A DNA stretch of 64,000 bases, taken from Trueperaceae bacterium (GTDB lineage: Bacteria > Deinococcota > Deinococci > Deinococcales > Trueperaceae). The position numbers and the translations under genes are program-made. Below, one piece after another: positions 22,708-35,907 of this stretch. The notes beneath the pieces are model-generated. The model made no database searches and was not told the DNA's origin. It saw only the letters and a program-made list of their open reading frames with translations. Location: the NCBI GenBank assembly GCA_965215565.1, contig CBDCDZ010000004.1, positions 544,001 to 608,000 of the forward strand. Reading direction: 5' to 3'. The stretch's first letter is position 1. Every line of letters starts with the position of its first letter.

Positions 22708-25700
22708 TGCGACCCGTAAACGCCGCTAACACCCGCATCCGCAAGAACGGCGACACCTCTTGTCTCACATAAACGAAAGACCTATTCCCATGACTCCAGA
22801 CCTCTTTTACACGCTTCACCCGGTATTTTAGGTGCGCTCATCCTCTTCGCCTCTCTGCGCCTACCGTCCACGCCGAGGGCAGTAAAGACCTCATCCGCAA
22901 CGGCGGCAACCGCGCCTTTTTAGAGCACCGCACAGGCACGAGCGGCTCCTATCAGACGGCAGGCATTCCGCGCGTCACGGTCATCAGAGTGTATGCTAAC
23001 GCGGGCGAAGTGGTGGCGCTAGGCTCCTCCGCCAACGGTGTCGGGAACGGTACGATCCGCGTGCGTGGGCCGAGCGGGTTCACACCTTTTGCGTGCCCAG
23101 CCCCGGGCACAAACAATACGGGTAAAATTCTTAACCGAGCGCAAGAGGTTGCGGGAGCCAACTATAACGGCGTTAATCCCGGCGGCTATACGCCCTGCAC
23201 CTTTCGTCGCGCTTGAGTACGGGTATCTATGAGGTGGACTTCATCCAACCCGCGACGGCGAACAGCACGAACCCCACAACGCTCGCTGTGAGCGCTAACT
23301 GGCCCGCGCAGGCCAGCGCGGACAACTGGGTCACCGCTTGGGACGTCACAGTCTTCGATGGCAACGTAGCGCAGAGCGGGCGCGTCTTCGCCCGCTACTA
23401 CGCGCTCAACCTCGGGAGCGCCAACGCGAGGGTCAACTTAGACGTCATCGTACAGACTATCGACGGCTACCGCTACGAACTCGAGCAAGACATCGAGCCC
23501 TTCGGCTTCATCTTCTTCGCCAACCGCAAGGGCTTTAGAGATGGGGAGGGCAACGCCATCTACCGCTCGATTCAGCTCAACGACGACGACACGCTTCAGC
23601 CGGGTCAGACCTTTAACGCGCCCGACCAACCCGACGACATCGACAACAACGAAGTGACGCACAAAATCTTTTTGAACGAGCCGGATGGCAGTATGCCAGC
23701 TACCGCCGCCACACCGAGCGGCACCGACACCTGGCTCTACCGCCCCGACGCCAAAGCGCCGCCCATTCCGCAGGACTTCGCCTTTACAGGCGTGGACGGA
23801 ACCCAGGACCAAGCGGGCACGGGCTTGGGGGGTACGTTCTCCTTCGTCAACCCCTTAGACGGCACCGACGACGCCCCTGCGCCCAACGCCTACAACATCA
23901 CGCTCGAGTTCTCGAGCGGCGCAACCAAGCGCGTGCTCGCAGGCACCGCCGACCCCGACGTCACCACCGAAGTCTTCTGGGATGGTCAAGACGGCGACGG
24001 CAACGACGTACCCGCAGGCAGCGGTGACTTCACCGCCACGGTCAGACTCTTCGCGGGTGAGGTTCACTTCCCCTTCCTAGACGTGGAGGACGCGCCCACC
24101 GGGATAAGCATCACGCGCCTCAACACACCTGCAGGCAGCGCCACCACTGGCATCGCCGACCCTGGACGCATCTACTACGATGACAGCATCTTTACGAATG
24201 GGCAGAAAGAGCTTGACGGTATCATCACACCCCCTGCCGCGCACACCTTTACGGGCGACTTCGGCAACCATAGAGGCATTGACACCTGGGTCTACTACCC
24301 GACCTCTGAGCCCGAACAAGCGAGCATCGTCATCCGCGAGGCGGACCTCTCGGTTGCGATGACGGACAACCCCGACCCTATCTTGGCAGGTGGTCCTACC
24401 TCCTACACCTTTACGGTGAGCAACCTTTCAGATGGCTCAGCGGGAACGGTGGACGCCGTGGACGCCGCCGTCACAGACGCCTTTCCAGCCGAGTTGACGA
24501 ACGTACAGTGGCGCTGTGAAATCACGGCGGAGGGCACGTTCGCGAATGAACCCCTAGCGGCGAGTAGCTGCGCGATCAATTCAGGTGCGGGCGACATCAG
24601 CACGACGGTGAACTTGAAGCGCGGCGCAACCGCGACCTTCACCGTCACGGCGACGGTAGCTCAAAACGCGAGCGGCATACTGACGAACACGGCTACCGTA
24701 GGACGAGGAACCGACGCCAGTGACCCTGATGCGAGCAACAACGAAGCGAGCGAAACGACGACGATAGACGCGAACCCAGGCGTCGCGGGAAGCGTCTTCG
24801 ACGACGCAAACGGCGACGGCATATTCGACGCGAGCGAGAGCGGTTTAGCGGGTGTAACGGTGGTGCTCTATGACTCAAATGCAAATAGCTGCCGCGCCGC
24901 TCAAACGAACGCAGCGGGCGACTACGTCTTTACGAACGTCGCGGACGGCTCCTATCAGCTTATCGAAGCGGCGTCCGAAACTGTACCGACCCCAGCGGCA
25001 TGTCCACCCGCCGAAGAGGACCCAGCCGGATACGGCTCGACGACAGCGAACACGTTAAATGTGAATGTGGCGGGCTCGAGCCTCTTCGCGCAGAACTTCG
25101 GCGATACGACTGGTTTTGACTACGGCGACGCCCCCGCGACCTATACCGAGGCTGAAATTGTCGCAAGTGACAACATCTACTTGGGCTCGACGCCACCCGA
25201 TATTGACGCGGGCAACTGGCACGACGGTGTCGATGACAGCCAAAACGCCACCGACGACGACACGAACGACACGCCCTCTGCGTTTACAGCGGGCAGCGGC
25301 GAGGAGGACAGCGTCATCTTCGGTCCTTTGGATTACACGATGGCGGGCGAAACCTTTAGCCAGGACGTGAGCGTCACGAATGACAGCGCCTCTCCCGCTT
25401 ACGTCCGCGGCTGGATAGACTTCGACCGTAACGGCACCTTCGATGCCGACGAGGTCTCAGACGAGGTGACGGTGGCGGCGAACGCAGGCACGACCACAGC
25501 TAACGTGACCTTCAACATTCCCGCGAATAGCGCTAATACCTACGACGGTATCAACCCCGGTCCGAGCTTCGCGCGGGTCATCGTGTCGGACACGCCCAAC
25601 ATTCCCCTCACGGGTCAGGGCGCAGGCGAGGTGGAAGATCTGCGGGTCAACATCGCCGACGTGGACTTCTGCACCTTCGCACCCGGCGAAACCTTTTCAG

Positions 25701-28700
25701 GGTTTGACTTTACCAACGTTACAGGTCTCACAAACGACGCGAGCGGCGCGAGAGACGCGGTTGCCCTGTTCGAAAACGCCGCCGTTGCACCCGACGGAAC
25801 GCCCTTAGACGTGCGGATGACGGTCAACATGCCCTCGGGCAGAATCAATTCGTTCGGTAACGGCACCCTCAACCAAAACGTCGAAGATACCGGAGCCTAT
25901 TTGAGCATCACAGGAGACAGTGACCAGGACTACGCGGCGGAGGTGCGCCTCGAGTTCCTCCTCGCCAACACCTCAGTCCCTTACGCCGTGTCCGGTCAGT
26001 TCTCCACGAATGACATCGACGGAAAGAGCAACCGCACCGAGGCGCTCCTCTTGAATATTGAGAGCTTCGACGGTTTCGCGCTCGGCGACCCGACCACGAT
26101 TCGAGCGCCCTACGTCGAGGGTGACTATACGGCGTTCACAGGCACGGGGGACCGCGACAGCGAGCCAGACAGCGCAGTTGTCTACACCTTTTCGAACCAG
26201 ACCCGCGTGGACCTGATCGTGCGAGGTACCGACATTGTAGGCGAAACAACCGCAGGTTTCGGCATCAATGGACGCCTCGCCAGCCAGCAACTCGGCTCAC
26301 CCGTCTGCAGTTCGATACCGCCGCCCGCCGATTACGGTGACGCACCCGCAAGTTACGGCGACGCGGGACACGCCGTGTCCCAAATGCCCGAGCTTTACCT
26401 AGGCGCGGTAGCCCCCGACGAGGAAAGCCAGCCTCAAAACGCAGCCAATGGCGGCGCAGACGGAACAGGCGACGACGCCAACGGGACGGACGACGAGGAC
26501 GCCTTTGACACGCTACCCCCTCTCGCTACGGACAGCAGCAGCTACACCCTAGAGGTGCCTTTGACAAATCCGAGCAGCGCCGCGACGCTTTACGGCTGGG
26601 TTGACTTCGACGGTGACGGGCGCTTCTCAGCGAGCGAGGCGGCAACCGCTAACGTGGCTGCCGGGGCGAGCACGGCGACGCTCAGTTGGAACAGCGCCAA
26701 CGGCAACGCACCCGCAAACCTCAGTGAGGGTACGACCTTTGCCCGCTTGCGCCTGACGACGGACAGCCTCACGGACGAGGCGAGCACCACCAGCCAGGAC
26801 GAACGCGCCAGCGTCGCCGCGACTGACGGTGAGGGCGAGGACTACCCCGTCGAGGTGCTCGGGCGCGTCTACACCTGCCCTACTGCTAGGGCTGACCTCT
26901 GGTTCGCCAATGACGAATCGGGCAGCGTGAGCGACGCCGAGTTCAACGACGCCCTCGACTTCCTCTACCAAATCTCTGACGAATTTATCTACGACGATGT
27001 AACGGGTGTAAAGGCCGGCGTGACCGCTTGGATTAACCTTGAGAATTCGCTCGAGGTTGTTATGCCCATCACGGAAACTTTCGGTGATCCTGGCGACTCA
27101 GGGTTGATCGGCTCAGGCGGAGTCACTACGGACGGTGACGGACGGGGGCTGCGTGAGCTTTACAGCGCTAGACAAAACCCCTCGGGTCGGGGTACGCGCT
27201 TGGATTACGCCACAAACTACCTCGCTGACCTCATCATCGCCGGCAATGGTCGCAGGGCGGACACCCCACAAGTCGCCGTTATCCTGACAGATGCTAATGA
27301 GGGTCAGTTGACCGTGGCAGATCAAGGGGGCGGCAGCGCCTGGATCGATGAAGCTAACCGCTTGAGAAATGCGGGTCCTGACGGCACGAACATCCTCGTG
27401 ATCGTTACTCAGGAAGCCGCAGCCGCCTATAGCGACCCGGACAGCGAAGCTAAGTCCGTCGTTGACGCCGTTGCAGGCGCGAACGGACTCGTTCTTGTTG
27501 TACCGACCTACGTTGAGGCTGCAGAAGCCACCAATGGGTACGTCCAGCAAACAGTAAACGCGATCTGTGAACTCACCACGCGCGAGCCCACCCCGGAGAT
27601 CGACCTCGAGCTGACCCAAGCTGCGCCAAGCGTAGCCACGCAAGGTGAAAGCGTCACCTTCACCCTGACGTTAGAAAATAAAGGGCCAGACAGCGCCACC
27701 GGGATAGAGGTCACGGACCTCTTACCGAGCGGTCTCACATTCCAGTCAGCCTCCTCTACGAACTACAACGCGAGCACGGGTGTATGGAACGTCGGCGCGT
27801 TGGCGAGCGGTGACAGCGTGGTGCTCGAGATTACAGCCACCGTCGATGAGGGCGTACCTGCGCAGATCATCAACAGCGCCGAAGTCACTGCCGCTGAGCA
27901 GACCGACACGGATTCAACGCCGGACAACCGCGCCGATGCGCCGGATGAGGACGACACAGTCTCCGCTACCCTAGATGTCTACAGTCTCTCCCCTAACGAG
28001 GGCAACATCGTTATCAATGAAGTGCTTTTCGACCAGAGCAGGAGCGGCAACGTGAGCGCCGCAAATAACGACGAGTTCATCGAACTCTATAACGCAGGGG
28101 ACATAACCGTTGACCTCTCCGGCTGGGAACTCATCGACGCTAACCTCATCGCTGGCGACTTCGACGGTCCGAATGGGAATATCAATGGCGCAGAGCCCTA
28201 TACCTTCCCCGCTACCCAGCTTGCGCCGGGCGAATACGCGATTATTTGGATCGGTCAGAGCGCCGCGAGCCGTGACGCGCCGACCGCTGCCTTTCAGACC
28301 TGGTTAGGTAGAAACATAAGGCTTAAAAACAGCGGTGACGACGTGTGGCTCTACGACAACGAAGGGCGCATTGTAGACTACATCGCGTACGGCAACGATA
28401 CGGCGGTGAACACGCCACCCCCCGCCTCGCTAGGACTGTGGGACCCTCAGTACAACGCCAACCTCGACAGCAGCGGCAATAGCAACGGTACGAACGGCAC
28501 CGTTAAGGGTCAGTCCATCAGCCTGACGCCCAATGGCGCAGATAGCAACACGAGCGCCTGCTGGGAGCCTACCGCGAGCGGTGAGGCGGACGGACGCTGC
28601 GCGAGTTATCTACCTACTATCGACAGCGACGCAAGGGAGGATAGCGGCACACAGCTCGTCACCAGCGTTGCTCAAAACAACAACGCCTTCATCTCGGGTA

Positions 28701-29788
28701 CGCTCTTCTACGACGACGGCTTAGAAAATGGAGACGCGAACAATGCTTTTCGGGAGGGCAGTGAACGGGGTGCATTCGGCATCGTCGTTACAGTCACCGA
28801 CGGCGCGGACACCGTGAGCACAACAACGGACGGCGCGGGCAACTACAGTCTTATCGTTCCTGGTTCGTTCAGCAACAAACAACTCACGCTCTCTCATTCA
28901 AGGCAGCCCACGACGGGATACAACGACGGAACAGATGAGGTACTAGCAGCAGTTTACGCAGATGCAGACGCCGCTAGCGTCACCTTCTCCTTCACGGGCA
29001 GCAGCGTCACCTACAACTTCGGCGTCGCGCGTCCCAGCACTCTGCGCCCCGATCAAAACGGACAGGTAGGTCCCGGCAGCGCGATCAGCTACACCCACCT
29101 CTTCACGCCGGGCACGTTGGGTGAGGTCAGCTTGAGCGTTTCAGGAACGTACAGCTATCAGGTCTTCAGAGATGTGGATTGCGACGGCATCGTCCAGCCG
29201 GACGAGCAGGCGGATGTGATCGCCGCAGGGTTTGACGTTGACAATACCTGGCCCCGAACAGAGGCCGGCGCTCTAGCTCCTTGCGCCCTGGAACTGCGTG
29301 TATTCGTCCCCGAAGGTGAAGCGAGCGGACGCATCGACTTGGCGACGCTGAGCGCCAACCTCGCCTACGCCGATAATTCGGCTGTGGTAGACAGCGTCAG
29401 CGTGACGGATGTGACGACAGTAACGACGGGTGGACAGCTCGAGCTAACCAAGCGCGTCGCCAACGTCACGCAAGGCGCGGACTTTGGCACCGTCGGCGAG
29501 GGTGAGCCGGGGGATGTGCTCGAGTACTGCATCAGCTACCGCAACTTAGGCACTGAAACCTTGACGCAAACCCTCTTTAGCGACCCCGTCCCCTTCTTCA
29601 CAACATTTGTAACTGGAGCTTACAACAGTCAAGACATCTTGTGGACCCACAACGGCGCGGAAAAGCCCCTGAGCGCCACCACAAACGACGACGAAGGTGA
29701 ACTGAGTAGCGGCGTCGTGCAGGTTGATATTGGCGAGGTGGCAGCGGGTGAGGCAGGCGAGGTCTGCTACAGAGTACGCATTAGATAG
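22707..29788 (+). CDS. Giant modular adhesin (DUF11, SdrD-B-like, two GEVED-type, vWA, lamin-tail-like, C-terminal incomplete DUF11); 5' end frameshifted, true start uncertain
   Basis: ORF 23213-29788 extends upstream through ORF 22989-23216 to TVHA/EGSKDL and an out-of-frame hydrophobic GILGALILFASL; motifs GEVEDL, GEGEDY, DESGSV, INEVLF...DEFIELYN. Confidence 0.75.
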
Positions 29789-29794
29789 CTTTAG

Positions 29795-29830
29795 CGCGCC
29801 CGCACTTCGGATGCTCGAAGTGCGGGCGCG
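29795..29830. terminator. 15-bp stem hairpin between convergent genes
   Basis: CGCGCCCGCACTTCG / CGAAGTGCGGGCGCG. Confidence 0.7.
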
Positions 29831-29902
29831 TGATACGAGTTTCAGTTGATTTACTGTGATAGCGGACTAAACGGAATCCGTATCACCCCTTGCAACGTCT
29901 AG

Positions 29903-30130
29903 TTACGCAGCGATGACCCTCACGTGTAAGATTTCGTCTCGAGCAAGCGGACGCACATCCTTTAGTTCTAGCGTCTCCACGCCTATGGTCGCCCCTGCAC
30001 CCGACACGAACTCCACTTCCACAGCAACCTGATCGCTATAAACGTGAACAACTGCTCCAACATCGCCTCGCTCCAGACCGAGCGTAGGCAGATCGCGCAC
30101 TAGCACTACGGTATCGTGTTCTTGAATCAT
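29903..30130 (-). CDS. DUF4926-family small protein
   Basis: EHDTVVLVRDLP..GLERGDVGAVVHVY...EVEFV. Confidence 0.8.
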   Translation of the reverse strand: MIQEHDTVVLVRDLPTLGLERGDVGAVVHVYSDQVAVEVEFVSGAGATIGVETLELKDVRPLARDEILHVRVIAA

Positions 30131-30168
30131 GCTTATCCTCTACAGGATATGCGGGAAAATCTCTGCCT

Positions 30169-31050
30169 TCAGATCAATTCATATCCCAAAGCCTTCAGTT
30201 CTTTAGTTATGCTATACGCGACCTCTTCGATGCTGTTACTGAACTTCTTATAAATCATCCCACTAATATCACTAGGAAGCTCAACTTCTCCGGTATACAA
30301 GCAGCAGGTACGGGAACGACCTAGTTTACCGACAAAATAGCCAAATTCAAAAATTACATTCGGCCTAGCACGTAAGCTTTTGGCACGCTCACCATCTGCC
30401 TTCTCCTCTTCTTTAGCAAGATAAGCAACCTCATCTGGGGTCAAAAGTATGAAGGCGTAGCCGACATCACTATGTTTTTCAAACTTCTCTATAATTGTTA
30501 AACCTTCATCTGCTTGACGATGCAATACGATAGGTTCTAAGCCAATCTCAGATAGAAATATTTCAAGATTTGTTTTAGCAACTTCATCGTGACCGTGTAC
30601 TAAAAATACGCGCTTCGATAGACTTACTGATTCATCTTCTGAAAGGTTTTCGCGTGGCTGAGCTACCACTGATGGAATTAACTCTAGTCTACCTAAGATG
30701 GATTTGAGGCTACGAATTTGCCTATCAATGTCTCTATGTAAATCCTTAATCTGCCATCCAAGCGAAGATGAGCGCCCAGGTACAGCGACTCTAACATACC
30801 CAGGACTGTACTCTTTTGAAACTTCATCGGTTGTGAATATGCGTTTAAGCATTTCTTCGTTGTAGTCATCCCACAAACGGTATTCTTCTTTAGCGCTCTC
30901 ATAGGAATCTTGAGTATTGACCAAAGCGCTTTTTAGCTCAGAACCTTTGACGATGCGGTCTTCAATTCTCGACGCTGCCTCTTCCCTTGAAATTTTAAGG
31001 CTAGCAGATTCGTTCATTTGCCTAGTTTCTTGTTTACGAGTATTGGGCAT
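30169..31050 (-). CDS. TIR-like nucleotide-binding protein (CAP12/Pycsar-effector-type TIR)
   Basis: VFLVHGHD, TIIEKFE, LLTPDE, RARPNVIFEFGYF, PSDISG; visibly low GC. Confidence 0.85.
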   Translation of the reverse strand: MPNTRKQETRQMNESASLKISREEAASRIEDRIVKGSELKSALVNTQDSYESAKEEYRLWDDYNEEMLKRIFTTDEVSKEYSPGYVRVAVPGRSSSLGWQIKDLHRDIDRQIRSLKSILGRLELIPSVVAQPRENLSEDESVSLSKRVFLVHGHDEVAKTNLEIFLSEIGLEPIVLHRQADEGLTIIEKFEKHSDVGYAFILLTPDEVAYLAKEEEKADGERAKSLRARPNVIFEFGYFVGKLGRSRTCCLYTGEVELPSDISGMIYKKFSNSIEEVAYSITKELKALGYELI

Positions 31051-31194
31051 TTGCGCTCTCCATTCGTCCTAACATTCGACCATCATCCGTAGAATGCGAA
31101 GAACTTCTGATAGCCACATATACAGCTATAGCTCAAGGCGAAGGCTACTCATCCCCTCGAGCAGCCCTCTCCTATCTCAACTCAAGACCAAACC

Positions 31195-33249
<2,055 letters not shown>

Positions 33250-33501
33250 CTAAACAGTTCATTATAACACTTTTCCAGCCTCCCGAGCAAACTAGGAGAC
33301 ACGTCTACAACGGGCATTTCTCGTTTCGCAAGCTCTTGAAAAGAGGGTGGATGAGCGAAGTTTTTTGACGTTCGAAAGAGGTCATTTCCAGCTCGAGTTT
33401 GGAGGGTTCTTGCACATCGACAAGAAGCGCGGCGGCGCAGCTAAGAAGGCTCGAGTGAAGCCTTTCACATCCTTAGCAGGTCAGCCTGTAACAATACCTT
33501 T

Positions 33502-34662
33502 ATGGCACGTCCTTTCGAACAGTTCGGAAAGCTCTTGGTCTGTCTTCTTTGGCTCGTCCCTCTCGCACAGACACACGCAAATACACGTTCAAACATCACC
33601 TTGCGCGTCGGCGCGGTGCTCTCCCTGACCGGGGCGAACGCGAGCACGGGCAGAGCCCAGGACGCAGCGCTGCGCGCGTGGCAAGCGAGTGCTCAGAATG
33701 AGGGGGTTTCTATTGAGATTCTTACGGCAGATGATGGCAGTAATCCTGAACGCGCGGCGGCGCAAGCGGCGCAGTTTGCGGATGAGGGAATACACGCACT
33801 GCTCTGCTGTTCGGAGACGGCGGCGTTAGAACGCGCTGCACCCTCTATACGCGAAGCAGAGATATTGACACTGGCGCTGACCTCGCACCCTCTCGTGACC
33901 GACGCCACTCAAAATCATTGCCTTTTTAGCGTTGTGCCAGAGCGTGCAGCGCAGCTTAGAACTATAGCGCTGCGTGAAGGTGCGAACAGTGTCGCGTTTA
34001 TGGGTTTGGAAGGAGACGCGGGCGACGCAGCCGTCCGCGTCCTCATGCAGGGGGGCGTGCGCCTCGTCGCGGAGGAGCGCTACACGCCAGAGGTAGACGC
34101 GCTGACCCCCGAAGCGCTCTGGGTGGCCACCCGGCAACCGAGCGCGGTGCTCGTCTGGGGAGGTATGAGGGATACACAGCTCGCAGTGGACGCCCTCGCG
34201 CAGCGCGGCTTCGAGGGGCGCATCTACATCGACTCACAACGCTACGAAAACGCCAGCGTGTTGGAACGAGCGGACTTGCGAGGAACGGTGACAGTGACGG
34301 ACGCGGTTAGCGTCCGTAGCACGCTACCGCCCACGCAACCGACTTACGGAGAAACGCGCCGCTTCCTCTCTGCGCTCAGCGCAACGTACGGCGCGAACCG
34401 TCCCACAGCCGAAGGCGGCTACGCCTGGGACGCTATGACGCTCCTGCAGCGCGCTTTCGAGGAGACCCTCGCGTACAACCGCTTAGAGCAGAGTGGTACA
34501 GCTACCATCCGCCAAGCTTTGCGCGATTCGTTAGTCGGGCTCGGACCCGTGACGGGCGCGGTAGGGGTGTACGACTACCTCGAGACCAATCACGTCGGCG
34601 TTGCGCCAGATTCGCTCGTCGTCGCGACGCTCGAGCGGGGGCGGTTGCGGGCGGTGCGCTGA
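33502..34662 (+). CDS. ABC transporter substrate-binding protein (branched-chain amino acid type)
   Basis: Signal peptide, VGAVLSLTG, DDGSNP, YAWDA. Confidence 0.75.
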   Translation: MARPFEQFGKLLVCLLWLVPLAQTHANTRSNITLRVGAVLSLTGANASTGRAQDAALRAWQASAQNEGVSIEILTADDGSNPERAAAQAAQFADEGIHALLCCSETAALERAAPSIREAEILTLALTSHPLVTDATQNHCLFSVVPERAAQLRTIALREGANSVAFMGLEGDAGDAAVRVLMQGGVRLVAEERYTPEVDALTPEALWVATRQPSAVLVWGGMRDTQLAVDALAQRGFEGRIYIDSQRYENASVLERADLRGTVTVTDAVSVRSTLPPTQPTYGETRRFLSALSATYGANRPTAEGGYAWDAMTLLQRAFEETLAYNRLEQSGTATIRQALRDSLVGLGPVTGAVGVYDYLETNHVGVAPDSLVVATLERGRLRAVR

Positions 34663-34697
34663 GCGAAGCATAGACCCTCGGCGTGCTAAATTGAGAT

Positions 34698-35906
34698 GTG
34701 GCACTACTAGGACGTAAAGCGCAGACCTTGAAAGAGTCGATGCAAAACCTAGACCCTGTTCACTCCTTGGAGGTGAACGAACTGGACAAGTATTTCGTCG
34801 AGCGCGAACAGACGCCTATCTTTGAGATGGCGGTTTCCTTGGAGGACACCGAGCAGCAGAAATTCCTCTTCACAGGTCACCGGGGCAACGGTAAGAGTAC
34901 AGAGCTTGCCAAGCTCGAGGCACACCTTCAAGATAGCTTCTTCGTGGTTCGCTATGCGCTCAGAAACGTGCTCGACCTCTACGACATCAGCTACGTTGAC
35001 GTGCTCCTCTCTCTCGCGATTCAGATTATTGAAAGGGTACAAGCGCAAGGCGTCGTGCTCGAGAAAACAACGAGGGACTTACTCGAGCTTCGCTGGTCTT
35101 TTGGTAGAGAAATTGAGCAGGAGATTGAACATGGCAAGGCGCGAAGTGGTGAAGCGTCGTTTAGCATAGGTGACATTTTCACGCGCCTTAGCACGCGCAT
35201 CAGCAGTGAGTCCAGCACCCGTGAGGTGATGAGGAACAAGGTTACGCCCAATATCTCTAGGCTGTTTGAAGGGATTGACGTCCTTGCACAGGACGTGAAG
35301 CAAAAGACAGGCAGACCGCTTCTTTGCATCGTTGAAGACTTGGATAAAATCGACATTGACAAAGCAGAAGAAATTTTTTACAAGAAAACAAAATCAATCA
35401 CCGACCCCAACGTCGCTATCATCTACACTTTCCCCGTAGCCCTTCACCACAGCAACGAATTTACGCAGATAGCGCAGTCCTTCAAAGTTCAGACGCTGCC
35501 GAACTTTAGAATTGAAAATAAAGACAAGGTTGCAAGTATTCTGTTGCAGCGGTTAGAAGAACGGCTCATTAGCGATGATGCGATGGGTTTGCTCATCGAC
35601 TATGGCGGCGGCGTCCCGCGTAACTTGATTCGGCTTGCGCAAGCAGCGTGCACAAAAGCTCGAGTCGCAGCGACCACGCAGATTACAGCCGAGCATGTAC
35701 AAGACGCCATCAACAAGGAACGCAACGAATTTGACCGGATGCTTACCCGCGAGCAGCGTGAAGCGCTCAAGAGGGTGATGGAAACTCAAACCATCGACCA
35801 GACGGAGGTCTACCGCGACCTTCTTCACAACTTGAGCATCTTAGAGTACGAGAACGGCAGCTTATGGTACGAGGTTAATCCGGTTGTGCGGGGTCTCTTG
35901 GAGTAA
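34698..35906 (+). CDS. P-loop (STAND/KAP-like) ATPase
   Basis: Walker A GHRGNGKS, Walker B CIVEDLDK, GGVPR, LSILEYENGSLWYEVNP. Confidence 0.8.
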   Translation: MALLGRKAQTLKESMQNLDPVHSLEVNELDKYFVEREQTPIFEMAVSLEDTEQQKFLFTGHRGNGKSTELAKLEAHLQDSFFVVRYALRNVLDLYDISYVDVLLSLAIQIIERVQAQGVVLEKTTRDLLELRWSFGREIEQEIEHGKARSGEASFSIGDIFTRLSTRISSESSTREVMRNKVTPNISRLFEGIDVLAQDVKQKTGRPLLCIVEDLDKIDIDKAEEIFYKKTKSITDPNVAIIYTFPVALHHSNEFTQIAQSFKVQTLPNFRIENKDKVASILLQRLEERLISDDAMGLLIDYGGGVPRNLIRLAQAACTKARVAATTQITAEHVQDAINKERNEFDRMLTREQREALKRVMETQTIDQTEVYRDLLHNLSILEYENGSLWYEVNPVVRGLLE

Positions 35907-35907
35907 C

